Origin: Lophium mytilinum
Lineage: Eukaryota
Length of the DNA stretch: 64,000 nt
Direction of reading: 5' to 3'
NCBI GenBank assembly: GCA_010093605.1
Contig: MU004187.1
Location: 868,001 to 932,000, forward strand
A program made the translations under genes and the position numbers. Within the stretch, counting starts at the first letter, position 1. Each line of letters starts with the position of its first letter. A model generated the notes under the pieces. It saw nothing but the letters and a program-made list of their open reading frames with translations. It was not told the origin of the DNA and did no database searches. Positions 24,702 through 37,399 of this stretch are shown here, in pieces.

Positions 24702-26421
24702 ACGCACGACTTTCATATTCCCCCTCTACGCCAAATGTCTCTGGCTGCATACCTCCTGCATGAGCATTTTCTTGACCGCACTCTAGCGTGCATAGACTTT
24801 TCTGTCCATAATTCTCCGTACAGCATGTTTTATCCCGGCGACTCAGCGCATCTTGTGTCGGCGCTTCTCATGGCACCTTCACTCATTGGGTGGCGTTTGC
24901 AAGGAGTTGCATCATATTTCCCAATGGCTGTGTTCACAGGACTGGTCCAACTCTTTTCCTGGCATCTTGTTGATTTCATCCACTGTCAATGAACTTTCAT
25001 ACCGCGCGACTAGGCAGGGGGCAAGTGTCAATATACTCCTGCTAGGCAATGTACATGCGCAGTCGTGCAAAAGCGCTATACGACGCGACGTACAAACAAC
25101 CTAATTGTCGACTTTGTGGTGGCATTATCTCGTCACCAACACTGCGACGCGTTTACCCCTAATATCCTACCGGAGGTCGTTCCACCATGATGCTTTCTTC
25201 TGCAAGCTATCCCGGACTCGGAACATCAGTATCCTAGGTGCTTGAAGGAGGACTCATTGGTGGAGCTTTTTGGTTTTGGTCTCTGTTGGCTTTTGTTCAA
25301 TTCCCTTTTCATTGATCGCGCTCGCGCCTCGGCCGGTGAAACGACATGATGGGGCTCAAGGCGTGTGACATGTGCATACTGGTGCTAGGTCGGGCTGGGA
25401 TGAAGGGAATGAGTACTATAGATCGAGCTGATGGAATGTCAGCACTGTTGATACAAGGTCGTTGACCATCCGTGTGAGGTGATTGTGATGTGATTACTTG
25501 CTGATACATAGGATGTTCAACCCCCACTGCAACGCAACATCAGACAACGGCAAAACGTTCTGCCATTGTGAGTCCCCTTTTCCACTGATAGCAGGGACTA
25601 CCTATCCTCGAGATGAGTTACAAGAAGCTTTCCGGAACACGACGGAAGCGCACGACTCATTGCTGCCAGAGGTTGTATGCGGGATTTACTCTATCCACGA
25701 CCGGGCAGTGCTGTTATCTACTGCCAACACACTCGGCAGCCTTGGTCTTACGCTCAAACGTCATCTCAGGGCGGATGCAACGACTTCATGATATCCCGAA
25801 ACCACGAGTCGGCCTTGGTTCGGTGTTTCAATTTAGCGGCGAGCGGCTCGCACTCTGCCCTGAGCACGGGGCGACCTATCTCGAGTCTGGCAACCCGCCT
25901 GAAGATCTACTCTGCGCATCAGCGTTCCAGAAGAAAACTTGCCCCGCAGTGAACCTTGGGGAAATAGTCGGCGAGGCTGGCCCTCCGCAGCTTTGAGGAA
26001 AGTTTCCCGTTCCCCCCATCCCCCCACATTCCACTCCACTCTACTCCCTCGTGATTCTGGGGTAGTGCGGGAAATATGCCACGACGTCAGCGGCACTGCG
26101 GCGTTGCGGCTCACGGCAGAGGCGCACTGCTATCCGGGACCCTGATTATAATCTCCTGTCTTACTCGCTAGAGGTGTAGCGTTTGTATATCCCACGGTGA
26201 CCTTAGTATAATAGGGTCGAATTCCCCCGTTGCTGCTCTTCATTCGGTCATTGAAATCGAACCTCTTTCTCTTCTTGAATATACATCGAAGGTGGATCCT
26301 TCTTGGCGAGCATCTTACTCAGCACCTTCTGAATATCTCTGCTTTTCTTCGTCCATCGATACCCAGCTTTATAGTCATATATTCGTTGCACCATCTCTAC
26401 CTCTCCCATTCAGCTCCCAAC

Positions 26422-28147
26422 ATGGAGAAACCACCCCCAGGCGAGGCTGGCAAAGCCATCGATGGCCAAAATGATCGCCCCTCCGCAGTATTCCAGGAAA
26501 GCCTCGAACCCATCCCCACCGCCGACCTCCCAACTCGCCTAGCCGAAGAGGTCTCGTACGGGCCTGGTGGCATGCGAGGCATCCTGTCCTCTCCCTACGT
26601 CTTCGGCGCCGCCTTCTTGGCCTCTCTCGGTGGCTTCTCCTTTGGCTACGACCAGGGCGTCATCTCCATCATCAACGTGATGCCACAGTTCCACGCCCAG
26701 TTCCCTGAAACTGCCGACGGTGGCTTCTACACGGGCTTCATGACGGCCATGCTGGAGTTCGGTGCCTTTATCGGCTGCTTCTTCATGCCATGGTTGGCGG
26801 ATCGTGTGAGTAGGAAGTGGGCGTTGAGCATAGTCGTTGTGATATTCAACATCGGCGGTGTGATCCAAACATCTGCACCCAACTACGCTGCTCTTGTCAT
26901 CGGACGAACAATCGGCGGGATAGGCGTTGGAACAATGGCGATGGTACATTTCCCTCCTCCCCCTTTACCCCAACTTCAACAAGACAAAAGTCACTAACAC
27001 TCCCCAGGGCGCCCCTCTCTACATCTCCGAAATCGCGCCCCCCCAACTCCGCGGCGCCCTCCTCGTCCTCGAATCCATCTCCATCGTCACCGGCGTCGTC
27101 ATCGCCTACTGGATCACCTACGCGACCAAAGACCTCTCGGGCGAAATCGCCTTCCGCCTCCCCTTCGGCCTGCAAATGGTCTCAGCCACCCTCCTCGGCA
27201 TCGCCATCCACATCTTCCCCTACTCCCCCCGCTGGCTCGCCATGGCCAACCGCTCGCCCGAAACCCTCACCTCGCTCTCGCAACTCCGCCGCCTGCCCGC
27301 CACCGACTCCCGCGTGCAAACCGAATACGAAGGCATCCTCGCCGAAGTCTCCTTCCAAACCCTCATCCTCGCGCGCAACCACCCGGGCGAATCCGGCTTC
27401 CGCCTCGAACTCTCCACCTGGCTGGACCTGTTCGCGCGCAAGAACTGGCGCCGCACCGCCGTCGGCGTCGGCGTCGCCTTCTTCCAGCAATTCTCGGGCA
27501 TCAACGGCTTCATCTACTACGCGCCCATCCTGTTCCGCTCGCTCGGCCAGTCCGACGCCCAGTCCCTCGTGCTCTCCGGCGTGCTCAACATCGCGCAGCT
27601 CGTCGCTGTGCTCGTCTGCTTCGTCGTCATCGATAAAGTCGGCCGCCGGCCACTGGCGCTCTACGGCGCGATTGGCATGGCGGTGCCCTATATCATCATG
27701 GCGATTCTCGTCGGGTTGTACGATAAAGATTGGCCCGGGCACGTCGCGGCGGGCTGGGCGACGACCGCGATGGCGTTCGTTTATATTTTAATATATGGAG
27801 TGAGTTATAGTCCGTTGGCGTGGGCGCTGCCGGCGGAGGTGTTTCCGAATGCGTTGAGGGCCAAGGGGGTGGCGTTGAGTACGGCGACGGTGTGGTTGAG
27901 TAATTTTGTGGTTGGCGTGATGGTGCCGCCGATGATTCAGAATGCGGGGTTTGGGACGTATGTGTTTTTTGCGGTGTTTTGTGTGTTGGCGGCGGTTTGG
28001 GCGTGGTTTTTGGTGCCCGAGACCATGGGGAGGACGTTGGAGCAGATGGATGAGGTGTTTGGGGATGGGGCGGCGGAGGAGGAGAAGGAGGTGCTTAGGG
28101 AGGCGGCGGCGAGGGTTAGGGTTAGCAGGCCAGTTGTGGAGGTTTGA
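26422..28147 (+). CDS. MFS sugar porter (hexose/polyol transporter family)
   Basis: SLGGFSFGYDQG, DRVSRK, APLYISEIAPPQLRG, PYSPRWL, QQFSGIN and VPETMGRTLEQMD. Intron 26944-27007. Confidence 0.95.
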
Positions 28148-28834
28148 GTCTGGGGGTAGATAGGGGGTGAGATTAGGGGAAAATTAGATGAGTTTGTGGA
28201 AGTAGAGGAGTGGGTGTGATGTGTGCGGCAAGCGATTTTGTGAGGGCATTGGAAGGGAGTTGTTGGGAGTTTGATGGAGATTGGTCTTATCATTGCTTCT
28301 TCTCGGATCTTCATATCCCCGATTTCTTTATTTACAGATACCTCTCTTTTATCAGGCGATAGAACGTCATTTCGTAGTTCAACCATCCACCATTCTCCTT
28401 GGCCGAAGATTCTAAAACACTACAATAGCACAGCCAGACCTCCGCAAAGAAAACAAACATTTTAAACTTTATCAAAGTTACAGACAACTATACACTCTAT
28501 CGCTCCCACATATCATCATAAAATTTGAAATACCTTCTCAAAAGATAAAATCAGTAGCGACCACAACAATCTCGCTAGCGCATCCCCCCGATGCTCCTGA
28601 TTGGCCGAGCGTATAAAGAATGCAACGACTCATGCAGGGCGTCCCACCTCAAGCCCTATCCAAATCGCAAATCTCAAATTCCAAGTCCACCCAGCGCGCC
28701 TCGCGGAATTTGCTGGGGTGAGGGGAAAGGGGAAATGTGTCTCCTCATCCCATTAAACCTTGCCATCTTCCCCTCACGCCCCAACTCTTTTCCCATCGTA
28801 AATTCGCATCACCATCTCCGCCTCGATTGAATCA

Positions 28835-29161
28835 ATGGAGAAACTACCCAGCACAAACGACTCCCGAATCCTCCGCATCCCCACGACGCGTATGCTGCGA
28901 AGCATCTCCCTAGCCATCCTCTTAATCTCCGCCGCTCTCGTGTTCTACTCCTACGCGGTCTTATTACCGCTACCGGCGTCGGATCTCCCGGCGGTTAGCG
29001 CGACGACCAACGCGACGTTGGTCTTGCCGCAGCTGGCTCCCGATTACGTCCCGCAGGCCAAAGAAACGCCCGCGATGAGTGGCGGCGAGAGCATGGCGAG
29101 GAGGCCGATGCCCTCGCTTGGGATGGTTGGCGTTGCGACGATGGGGGGAGAGGAGTTATAG
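28835..29161 (+). CDS. Small hypothetical single-TM protein
   Basis: ATG-initiated 108-aa ORF with one hydrophobic helix and the C-rich 5' to G-rich 3' skew seen in genuine genes here. No family recognised. Confidence 0.4.
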   Translation: MEKLPSTNDSRILRIPTTRMLRSISLAILLISAALVFYSYAVLLPLPASDLPAVSATTNATLVLPQLAPDYVPQAKETPAMSGGESMARRPMPSLGMVGVATMGGEEL

Positions 29162-29771
29162 GGCATGGATGGAGCTGGTGCTTGGCGGTGCGATAACGCT
29201 GATGGAACGGGGTGGTGGGAGGTGGTTTCTGTTTTGGGGGATTTGATGGGTGGGGAGGGGAGGTTAGGGAGAGGGATATTAGTAAACATACGATTCCAAC
29301 ACTTGGATAGGATGGGGGGATGTTAGAATAGTGGGATCTGGACCACGTTTTGAAGGGGAATAGCTGATAGTGGGGGTGACCTCATAGTGGTGCTTATTGC
29401 TTAACCAGCGATGGGTAGGTCGCGACTAATTTTGCTCTATATTCAACTTGCTTGACGCTACCATAATGAACAGCCTCGGTTTGCGCCTACTATTGCCCTT
29501 TTCTTCCTGCTCAATCCGTTATACAATACCAGCCTTAGTATCCACTTGTCAGTCCATCCAAAAGACGTCTAATCCCCCCAGCTTAGCATCCCCATCCCAT
29601 CTAGATATAAGAAGTAACCACACACGAAAAAACCGCCCGCAAGCAGACCTCCTAAGGGCCTACATACCCGTTTTCAGGACTCGTATCTTTTGTAAACTTA
29701 GGCTCGAAGAGCCAAACAAAAGTCACGGTGTCAGGCCAGGAGCCCTATAAGTAAAAGGCTCGGTGCCCGGC

Positions 29772-30089
29772 TCATGGTAAGTGAAAGGCGCCTCCCACTT
29801 GAAAATCGGACCCTTCTCGGGCTTCTGCCCGGGCGCGCGTGTGGTCGTCGGAGCGTGCCCCTTGCAGCGCTTCTCGAGGGCCAGCTGGGGTCATGGTGAC
29901 GAAGGTGGTGGGCGATGGGATGAGGAGGGGGACGAGCTGGCGTGCTTCGAGAGCGATGGTAGGGGAGGGGGTGGTCGTGTTTGCGGTGACCTTTGTGGCG
30001 GCCGTCGGGTTGGAGGATGGGAGGAGGTGGCCGGTGGCGATGTTGGAAAGGGCGGCTACGACGAGGCTGAGATATATGAGCTTGACCAT
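29772..30089 (-). CDS. Small secreted hypothetical protein
   Basis: Signal-peptide-like MVKLIYLSLVVAALSNIATG, Thr/Pro-rich body, LEARQ kexin-like site, upstream TATA-like CCTATAAA on the minus strand (~30150). Confidence 0.55.
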   Translation of the reverse strand: MVKLIYLSLVVAALSNIATGHLLPSSNPTAATKVTANTTTPSPTIALEARQLVPLLIPSPTTFVTMTPAGPREALQGARSDDHTRARAEAREGSDFQVGGAFHLP

Positions 30090-31154
30090 CTTGGTGGAGG
30101 GTTAAAGGATGTTGGGTGAGTAAGTGAGGTTTAAGATGAGATGGGAAGAACTTTATAGGTGGGCGGGCGCTAATTATGTGTGTTTCAACAAGAAAAGAAG
30201 TAGAAGACGTGGCCACAGATTTTTTTTTTCTTGGTAGCGAAGCAATAATAATGGTTAGATAGATATAGAGCCATGTGGGCGAGAGGCGTCTTCCATGGTT
30301 GACTCTAAGCAGATGACAGGAACCACGACTAAGAAGCGTAGATGGGTTATAGTGTTAAGGCTGACGCGGTAGAAAGTAGAAGAGCTCTTGACCAGCCATT
30401 TATTCTGCAGCGGAATCAGGCGAGCAAGAGCAATGGCCGGACCGTCTTGTGAATGCGTGGAAGAACGAAAATTTCTTTTGGTAATTGGTGTCTATCTCCT
30501 CCAAAGTTCTGTGATCTCTATCAAGGGTATTACGCCGCATACTTTTGACTAGCGCCATTATATTCCTATTTCTTTTCAGGCCTGATATCTGACTGGACTG
30601 AATAATGACTGGTTAAAGGGCTACTATTCCATCCTAAAGGCGCCCGGAACTACCTCGTGAAGAGAAGCTGTAGATCCAAACGCGTTTTCCGCGGTAAAAA
30701 TGGGGGAAATAGGGACTAGAAATTCAATAGCAGAAGCTAGAATAGGTTGCTCACCTGGACCGGTCCGATCCGCTCACGCAGCACTCTCAGTCTGGTGTGG
30801 TACCTGTGGCGCAGTGCGCCGCAGTGTGGCACAGTACCTAGGTAGGCACCTATCAGCATTGCCTATGTAGGTACCACGTGGGTGCCTACTCAGCACCCTA
30901 TTTCGCTTTCCGCTTACGCCCATTTGCCTATTTTGAAGAAGAACCACAGATTCTGCCCTACCATATACTGAGTACTGTCGCCTCTCTCGATCCGCCGTCA
31001 AATTCTCAACCCTCAATTCACACTCCGAACACAATAAACTCTGAAAGGCTTTCAAAAGACCTCCAAGAACAGTCAAGATTCCACAAAAGACAACTTACAC
31101 TCTCCTTTCGAGCCAATATCACGACCTGAATTGTACCTAAAGCCGCCCCACGAA

Positions 31155-31550
31155 ATGGACGCCTCGACTACCCCTAATTTCCTCGAATCTACTATCCGCG
31201 TTACCATCTCAACACTCCTGATAATGGTCTCCTTCATCCTCTCAGCCGCGACCCTCGTATTTGTGGCCTACTGGTGCATCAACAAGGTCGCCAACGCGCT
31301 AGGCCTCGACGAAGCCTCCAAGGAAAGCAGCCTGCCCGCGGCCTACATTGTGTCTCTCATGTGTGTGTTCGTTGCACACACCACTACGATCGTCATACTA
31401 GCGGACAACAACGGGCCGGGGGCGATAGCGTGGGCTGAGGGCGCGCTGCAGAACGCCTTTGCGCTGACTTTTGTCATGCTGGTGCTCTGCGACACAGCGG
31501 TGGTGGTGAGCAAGGGGTGGCGCGTATATGCTGGAAATAGAGAGTTTTAG
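31155..31550 (+). CDS. Small hypothetical membrane protein (3 TM)
   Basis: ATG at 31155 (MDASTTP), three hydrophobic segments, coding-like composition. Confidence 0.5.
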   Translation: MDASTTPNFLESTIRVTISTLLIMVSFILSAATLVFVAYWCINKVANALGLDEASKESSLPAAYIVSLMCVFVAHTTTIVILADNNGPGAIAWAEGALQNAFALTFVMLVLCDTAVVVSKGWRVYAGNREF

Positions 31551-32221
31551 AGGTATGGAGGAATAGGCACTACACCGAGTCAGAACAAATCCAAATCGTT
31601 ACAATCTTTCTTTCTTGACACCATCGAGAGGATTCGTCCAGCTAGTCTGTAGCCAGTGAGTCAAGGAGCAATCTGATATGCACTGTTTCAAACTTGACAT
31701 CGCGCCTAGACTTTCAAAAAGTTGGTATGCACGGACCCCGGCTGTACGCGCTGAACTCTCCACTGGCGAGCATCTCTATCGACAGCTTTCACGCATTGAC
31801 CCCAAGCCCATATGTTGGTGTTACGGTATGCGAGTTTCAGCCTGGTCGCAAGCCTTGTAAAATCGCGACTTCATTGGCATGTCGACCCTACTGTGCCTCT
31901 TCTCACGCCCGTTGGTAGAGCGCTAAACTCAAGCCGCAGAGACACCGCATCGGGTAACACTCCCAGGAATAGCAGCCTTCTGGCCAGTCAACCTCCAAGC
32001 CGCTCAGATCTCCGCCCGGAAGATTTGGCTCTGAAATCGACTTTATTTCCGTACTAGACCACCGCCCGTAGAGGGAGGCTGTACAGATGATGTGTGACGA
32101 TATGCAGCATCCTCGGCCCCGAGTCTTGACAGCCTGGCTCGCCGGCTACCTTAAGAACTAGACATATCTCCGGCTACCTTCTCCTTGCAAATTTCCCGGG
32201 AACAGATCGTCGACTGGCGCG

Positions 32222-35200
32222 ATGGTTTCGTCATCCCCATTGTCGAACAATACACCACCCGGGAATCTCGAGCAACCGATCCTTAGAGCCCCACCTATTC
32301 AATCAAGACGAGCCCACGCCGACGGCAGCCCGAAAAATGTTTCCAATGTGTCTGCTACTACGCTAGGAAGCATCGAGCTCCATGAGATTGAAGTGCTACC
32401 TATACTAGATGCTCCGTCCTCTCAAGGTGCTTACCCCAACAAAGTAAAGCCTTGGACACCAATTTTGTTACTACGAGTGTCGCTCTACGGATTTGCAGCG
32501 ATATATGTAGTCTTCATAACTGCACTGGCGCTCCTACAAGCCTTCGACAGAAAGAATGGGGGGCTGGTCACCACTAGCCAAAACCTGCATTATCTCTGGA
32601 CGTACGGCCCTACATTCGGTAAGCGCTTTCTATGGTCCCATGTTGCCAGTCTAACTTTGTTGTAGTTTTGACCTTGGTCGCCGCTGTTTGGGATCAGGTC
32701 GAATACCGCACCAAGCAAACCTTGCCCTGGGCGAAACTTCACCAAGGCAAAAGCCCCGCCTCGGAAACTCTTTTGATAGACTACATTTCGCAGGCACAAA
32801 CTGTTACACTGTGGAAGTCCTTGAAAGCTAGGCATTTTCCTGTGGTACTCGCCACCATAGGGGGCTTGCTCCTGAAGTTATTGATCGTTGTCTCAACCGG
32901 ATTGTTTTCTCTGCAGCAGGGATTCGAAGTCCACCAGGCTTCATTGTTAGCAGCGGACAAGTTCGACCCAAGCGCATGGAACAGGACTAGCGATGATCCC
33001 GTCCCAGCAATGTTCGCATATGCTGTCAACGGGTTGAATATGTCGTATCCACCAGGGACCACTGACCATTATGCAATACCTACCCTGCGTCTTGCAGATT
33101 CAGTCATAGGTAAGTTGAATCTGCTGCAGGTCTGCAGTTCAGTTCTTAGTCATCTCTTCCGCTTCTAGAAGACATACTCGAAACTGACGGGACGAAGGAT
33201 CTGCGGACAGGAACATCACGACAACAACGAAGGCTTTTCTGGGAGACCTTGATTGCGAACGCGGCAACCTTTCCTTTTTTTACCTCCCTCGCAATCTTTC
33301 CATTCACACTTTGGGGCCCGATATCATCGTTCAATCTCCCTCCTGCCAGGTTGACAGGACTTTCTGGCCGGACGATAATTTTTCGGTGACGGGTGGCGGA
33401 GGAGAAAATTTCTTTTTTGGCACAAACACTTTGGTCAATTGCTCAAACTCCTCGTCAGAGCTGGACAGGGCTCGCATGGTTGTCGCTGTGGGGAGTATAA
33501 AACTCCACTACGGGACCAGCAAGCTGCCATTAAGCGCCAACAATGTCACAGTCTACGTCTGCAAAGTCCATAACTATTTTCGAGACGCTAATGTCATCAT
33601 CGACACCGCCGGATCGGTGTTACACATGAATACCTCAGTACCAAGCAATTCCTCTGGAGTATACACGGTGCCGGTGTCCAGCCGGGAAATGGCTCAATAC
33701 TTCCAGTCGTCAATACATGTAGCCTTCACTCAAACTAAGGGTGTATGGCTACCGATGAAGGACGTGCTTACTGACATCATCCGGCCTCCTAGCCTCGACA
33801 ATCTTGAAGATGGCAATGTTACGATCGGCGGCGAGCAGTACAAAGTGCGTTTCGGTAGCCTCTTCCAACTTTACACGGACGTCTACAAACCGGAAAGCAC
33901 AGATAAAATACTGGATCCAGTTTCGCTACTTCCGAATCTACGAGGTCTTTACAGTTTGGTAACTGCCCAGATTGCCAAAGAAAATCTCATGATCCCGACT
34001 ACAGCCAGCTCCTCAGGAACAATTCGCACCGTACAACAGCGTCTCCGGGTCCGAGGACTACCACTTTACTGGATGTTTGCCATTCTTTCCATTCTCTTTG
34101 CAATCTCGGTATGTTTGGATGCGATTGTTTCCCGTGGTGCAGTCAGTCGCGACCCAGGATCTATCGGCGGTCTATCTACCATACTAGCGAGGAGCCGCGC
34201 ACTTGAAAACATTCTTTCGTATAAGGGCTTTGCATCGATTTCCAGCTTACGACGCTCACTGCTCGGTCGCAGCTGTCAGAGTACTATGGATCCTGCAAAG
34301 GTTCCTCATCGGTTTGAAATCAATCTCGCAGCTTCGGAACCAGCAGCAGCCGCTATCTCTCCGCAACCATTGTGGGAAGAAGATCGCGTAGAATGGTGGC
34401 ATCCGATGTCACTATCACCGGGGTTTAAAACAACAGTAATCGCTTTCCTGGGCACGCTTGTGTTGGCGCTGGAGGTACTCTATCAAAAGTCGGCAAAATC
34501 AAACGGACTTGCATACGTAGACGACAAAAGTGACTTGCGATATAGCTGGCTTTATCTCCCAGGCGCAACAATGCTCACTACATCCATACTCACAGGAATG
34601 GTCGATTCTACTTCTAAGATTTTCTTGCCATATCACAAGCTGCGCCAAGGGCCAGCAACGAGTCGAGCGTGTCTCTACACTAACGAGAATTCCCAAATGG
34701 CAATCTCTTCCCTGTTCAACTCGGTCTCACACCGCCACTGGAGCATATTCGCCACTACTCTAGCAACAATTTTTGCGTTTCCTTTGACTATCGTCTCAAG
34801 CGGTCTATACTCGACCAAGGTCGTCGCCACTACGAAGGATGCAATTTTCAGTGTGGACAGTACCATAAACTTCGCAACCGAGTCTATTCCATTCCTCACG
34901 GTCCAGAAGCGGCTCGACACGGCAAGTCTCGTCGTGGCAATGATACTGGAAAGGAACTTGAGTTCACCATTATGGACATACGGAGAGTTTGCATTCCCTG
35001 AAATGAGCTTCAAAACCCTTGACGGGTCCAATAATGCTAGCGAGATCACTTCACCTCTCGCCAATTCCAGTGTTGTCGTGAGTACGCCAGCATGGAATTC
35101 TTCCCTCGACTGCGAATTCATTCCAGAAGCCAAGCGCCATATTACGGTCTCGAACTCATCAACCCCCGGTAGCGAGATTGATGTCTATGTTCAGCTAACC

Positions 35201-36151
35201 GAATCCGCCGAGTGCAATAGCTCTAATGAAAACTTGTTGATCACAAACGGGGACGATGGAAATGTTATCTCCAGAGACTACCACGGCTCAAGCGGCTTTA
35301 AGTACACCTCTCCAGCCTGTCCATACCTAGTCTTCGCCCTCGGCGAATTAGCATTCTCCAACACGTCAAACGTAGGCCTCTCAGTCATTGCATGTCGCGC
35401 AGACATGACTCAAACTCAAGTCAACGCAACAATGGAGCTACCATCTCTCCGTATTCTCGCAGTCTCACCGGGCGCCCAACAACCAATATCACTATCCCAA
35501 CCGCAAACCGGCACAATCGCATTCGATACGAGCATAAACGTGCCTGCATTCGCCAACACCGGGCCCCTACTCTCTCTAGTCTACGCCTCCACCACCGACG
35601 CCTTCTTCTCCGCCATCTTCGCCCAAAATCCCAACCTCACCCTCTCCGACCTCACCGGCGCAGCCAACACCCCCCGATTCGCCGCCGCCCTGAACAAAAT
35701 CTGGAAAACCGTGTACCCGCAACTCGCCAACAATGTCGTCCGCACCGCGCGCTCAAGTCCGAACGCCACCACCCCGACGCCGGAGACGCTCACAGGGATA
35801 CTGATCCAGCATAACCGATCTCGGCTGCTGCAGAGCGCGATCTCGACGAGGATCCTCGAGGGCTTGCTTAGTCTTATTGCCTTGTGTATCGCTGTTTCGT
35901 TCTGGTCGATGCGCGTGCGCGAGGTGCTGCCGAAGAATCCGTGTAGTATTGCGGCGGCTGCGAGTCTGGTTGCGGGGTCGGATATGCTGAAGCGGATTCC
36001 AAGGGGTGCGGAGTGGTGTGATGACAAACAGTTGAGGGAAAATGGGGTGCTGGAGGGCGTGCTGTTGAGTATGGGCTGGTGGGATGATGCGAGGCAGCGG
36101 GGGAGACGACGGTTTGGGGTTGGGATTGGGAAGGCGGAGTGGGCGCGATGA
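32222..36151 (+). CDS. DUF3433-repeat fungal membrane protein
   Basis: Two repeats of W.P..L / YLWTYGPT..PW..L / LLIDYIS / IVVSTGLF-type units, many N-glycosylation sequons, C-terminal LPKNPCSIAAAASLVAGS and SMGWW. Introns ~32619-32666 and ~33109-33168. Confidence 0.85.
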
Positions 36152-36256
36152 GGGTGTGTAAGTAGCGGAAGAGGTGGATGTTCTTTGGACTAGGTGAATT
36201 GCTGTTAGTGAATTGCTACATGGGTGCTGGATAGTGGTGATGCTGTACCGATTCTC

Positions 36257-36665
36257 CTATCTCCTCATGAACCTCTGCACGGCTCGCAGAACAAAGCCCA
36301 CGACGAGGGGGGGAAGGCAGACAACGTGTAGCGCGGTCAGCAGTATAATAGTGCTTGTGTCGGTGGCTTGGCGCAACGCCTTGATGCTGGAGTAGCCCTC
36401 CGAGGCTTGCAGAAACCGCTGGAAGTGCCTGGTGACGAGGACGTGGGTGACGAAGAGGGCCAGGCCAAGCAGGAGATGTACATCCAAGTACACTTGGGCG
36501 CGAATATTGGCGGGAAGAGTGATGCGGAATACGATGATTAGGGTGGTAATGAGGATGTACGCCATTATGTAGAGCCAGATGAAGGTCGCGAAGAACTTGA
36601 AGAAGAGGCTGAAGAGGAGGAAGACGAGCAGCATGAGGGGGCTGAGGGCGGCTAGGTGCAGCATC
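36257..36665 (-). CDS. Small hypothetical multi-TM protein
   Basis: 135-aa ORF with ~4 hydrophobic helices and an ATG in CAAG-ATG context. Confidence 0.55.
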
Positions 36666-37399
36666 TTGGTGGTTATGATGGAAGTTTGAAGTGTTTTGAG
36701 GAAGTTTAAAGAGGAAATGAAGATTTTGAAGGAATTGAAGATCTTCGCGCTGTTGTATCAGGAAGAATTGTAGCTAGTAGAAGAAGATATAGGACTATTA
36801 TTAAGACAGTCTGCAATGGTGAAGTTGCACAGTGAAGGTGCATTAGACGAAAAAGCAGCCAATGGAAGTGATCTACCGACCCGCAACAGGGGCGGAGGGT
36901 GAAGGTGACACAGGCGGCCTCCGATCTCATAGTCGAGGAACTATTGCTACCTTGTCTCTTAGAAGAAGATGTTGTCTCCTTATTCTACAGTACTAGGTCG
37001 TAGAATTCGGTGCATGGATATCGCACAGCTCTGTTTCCAATCTTGCTCGCTCGACACCACTGTATGGAGTACCCTGACTAGCATCTCGTTAGTTCGTCAA
37101 AAGGAAGTCCATTTCCGTGTACCAAGTCCTATATTTTTACACACGGATATCTCAATGCTCGGGGTATTTCTTGCTCACTCAATACCACTGTATGGAGCTC
37201 CCCAGTCAGCATGTCTTTAGCTAGTCAAATAGAAGCTATGTTTCTATAATAAAGAGTCATGAGTGTGAGCATACAAGTTTCTTGCTGTTCGGGCTTCATT
37301 TTTGCTCCCTTAATACCACTGCATGGAGTGCCCCAGCAAGCATGTCTTCGGTCAGCCAAAGGGTAGGCCTACTCCCACTCTGTGCATATTCTCTAAGAT

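Noticed and set aside
25940..26065. CreA-like SYGGRG sites upstream of the sugar transporter
   Set aside because: Plausible, but 6-mers occur often by chance in GC-rich DNA; not supportable alone.
30755..30900. Cluster of short palindromes (TACCTAGGTA, GGTACC, CCACGTGG)
   Set aside because: No long inverted repeat or TSD; not enough to call a MITE or ncRNA.
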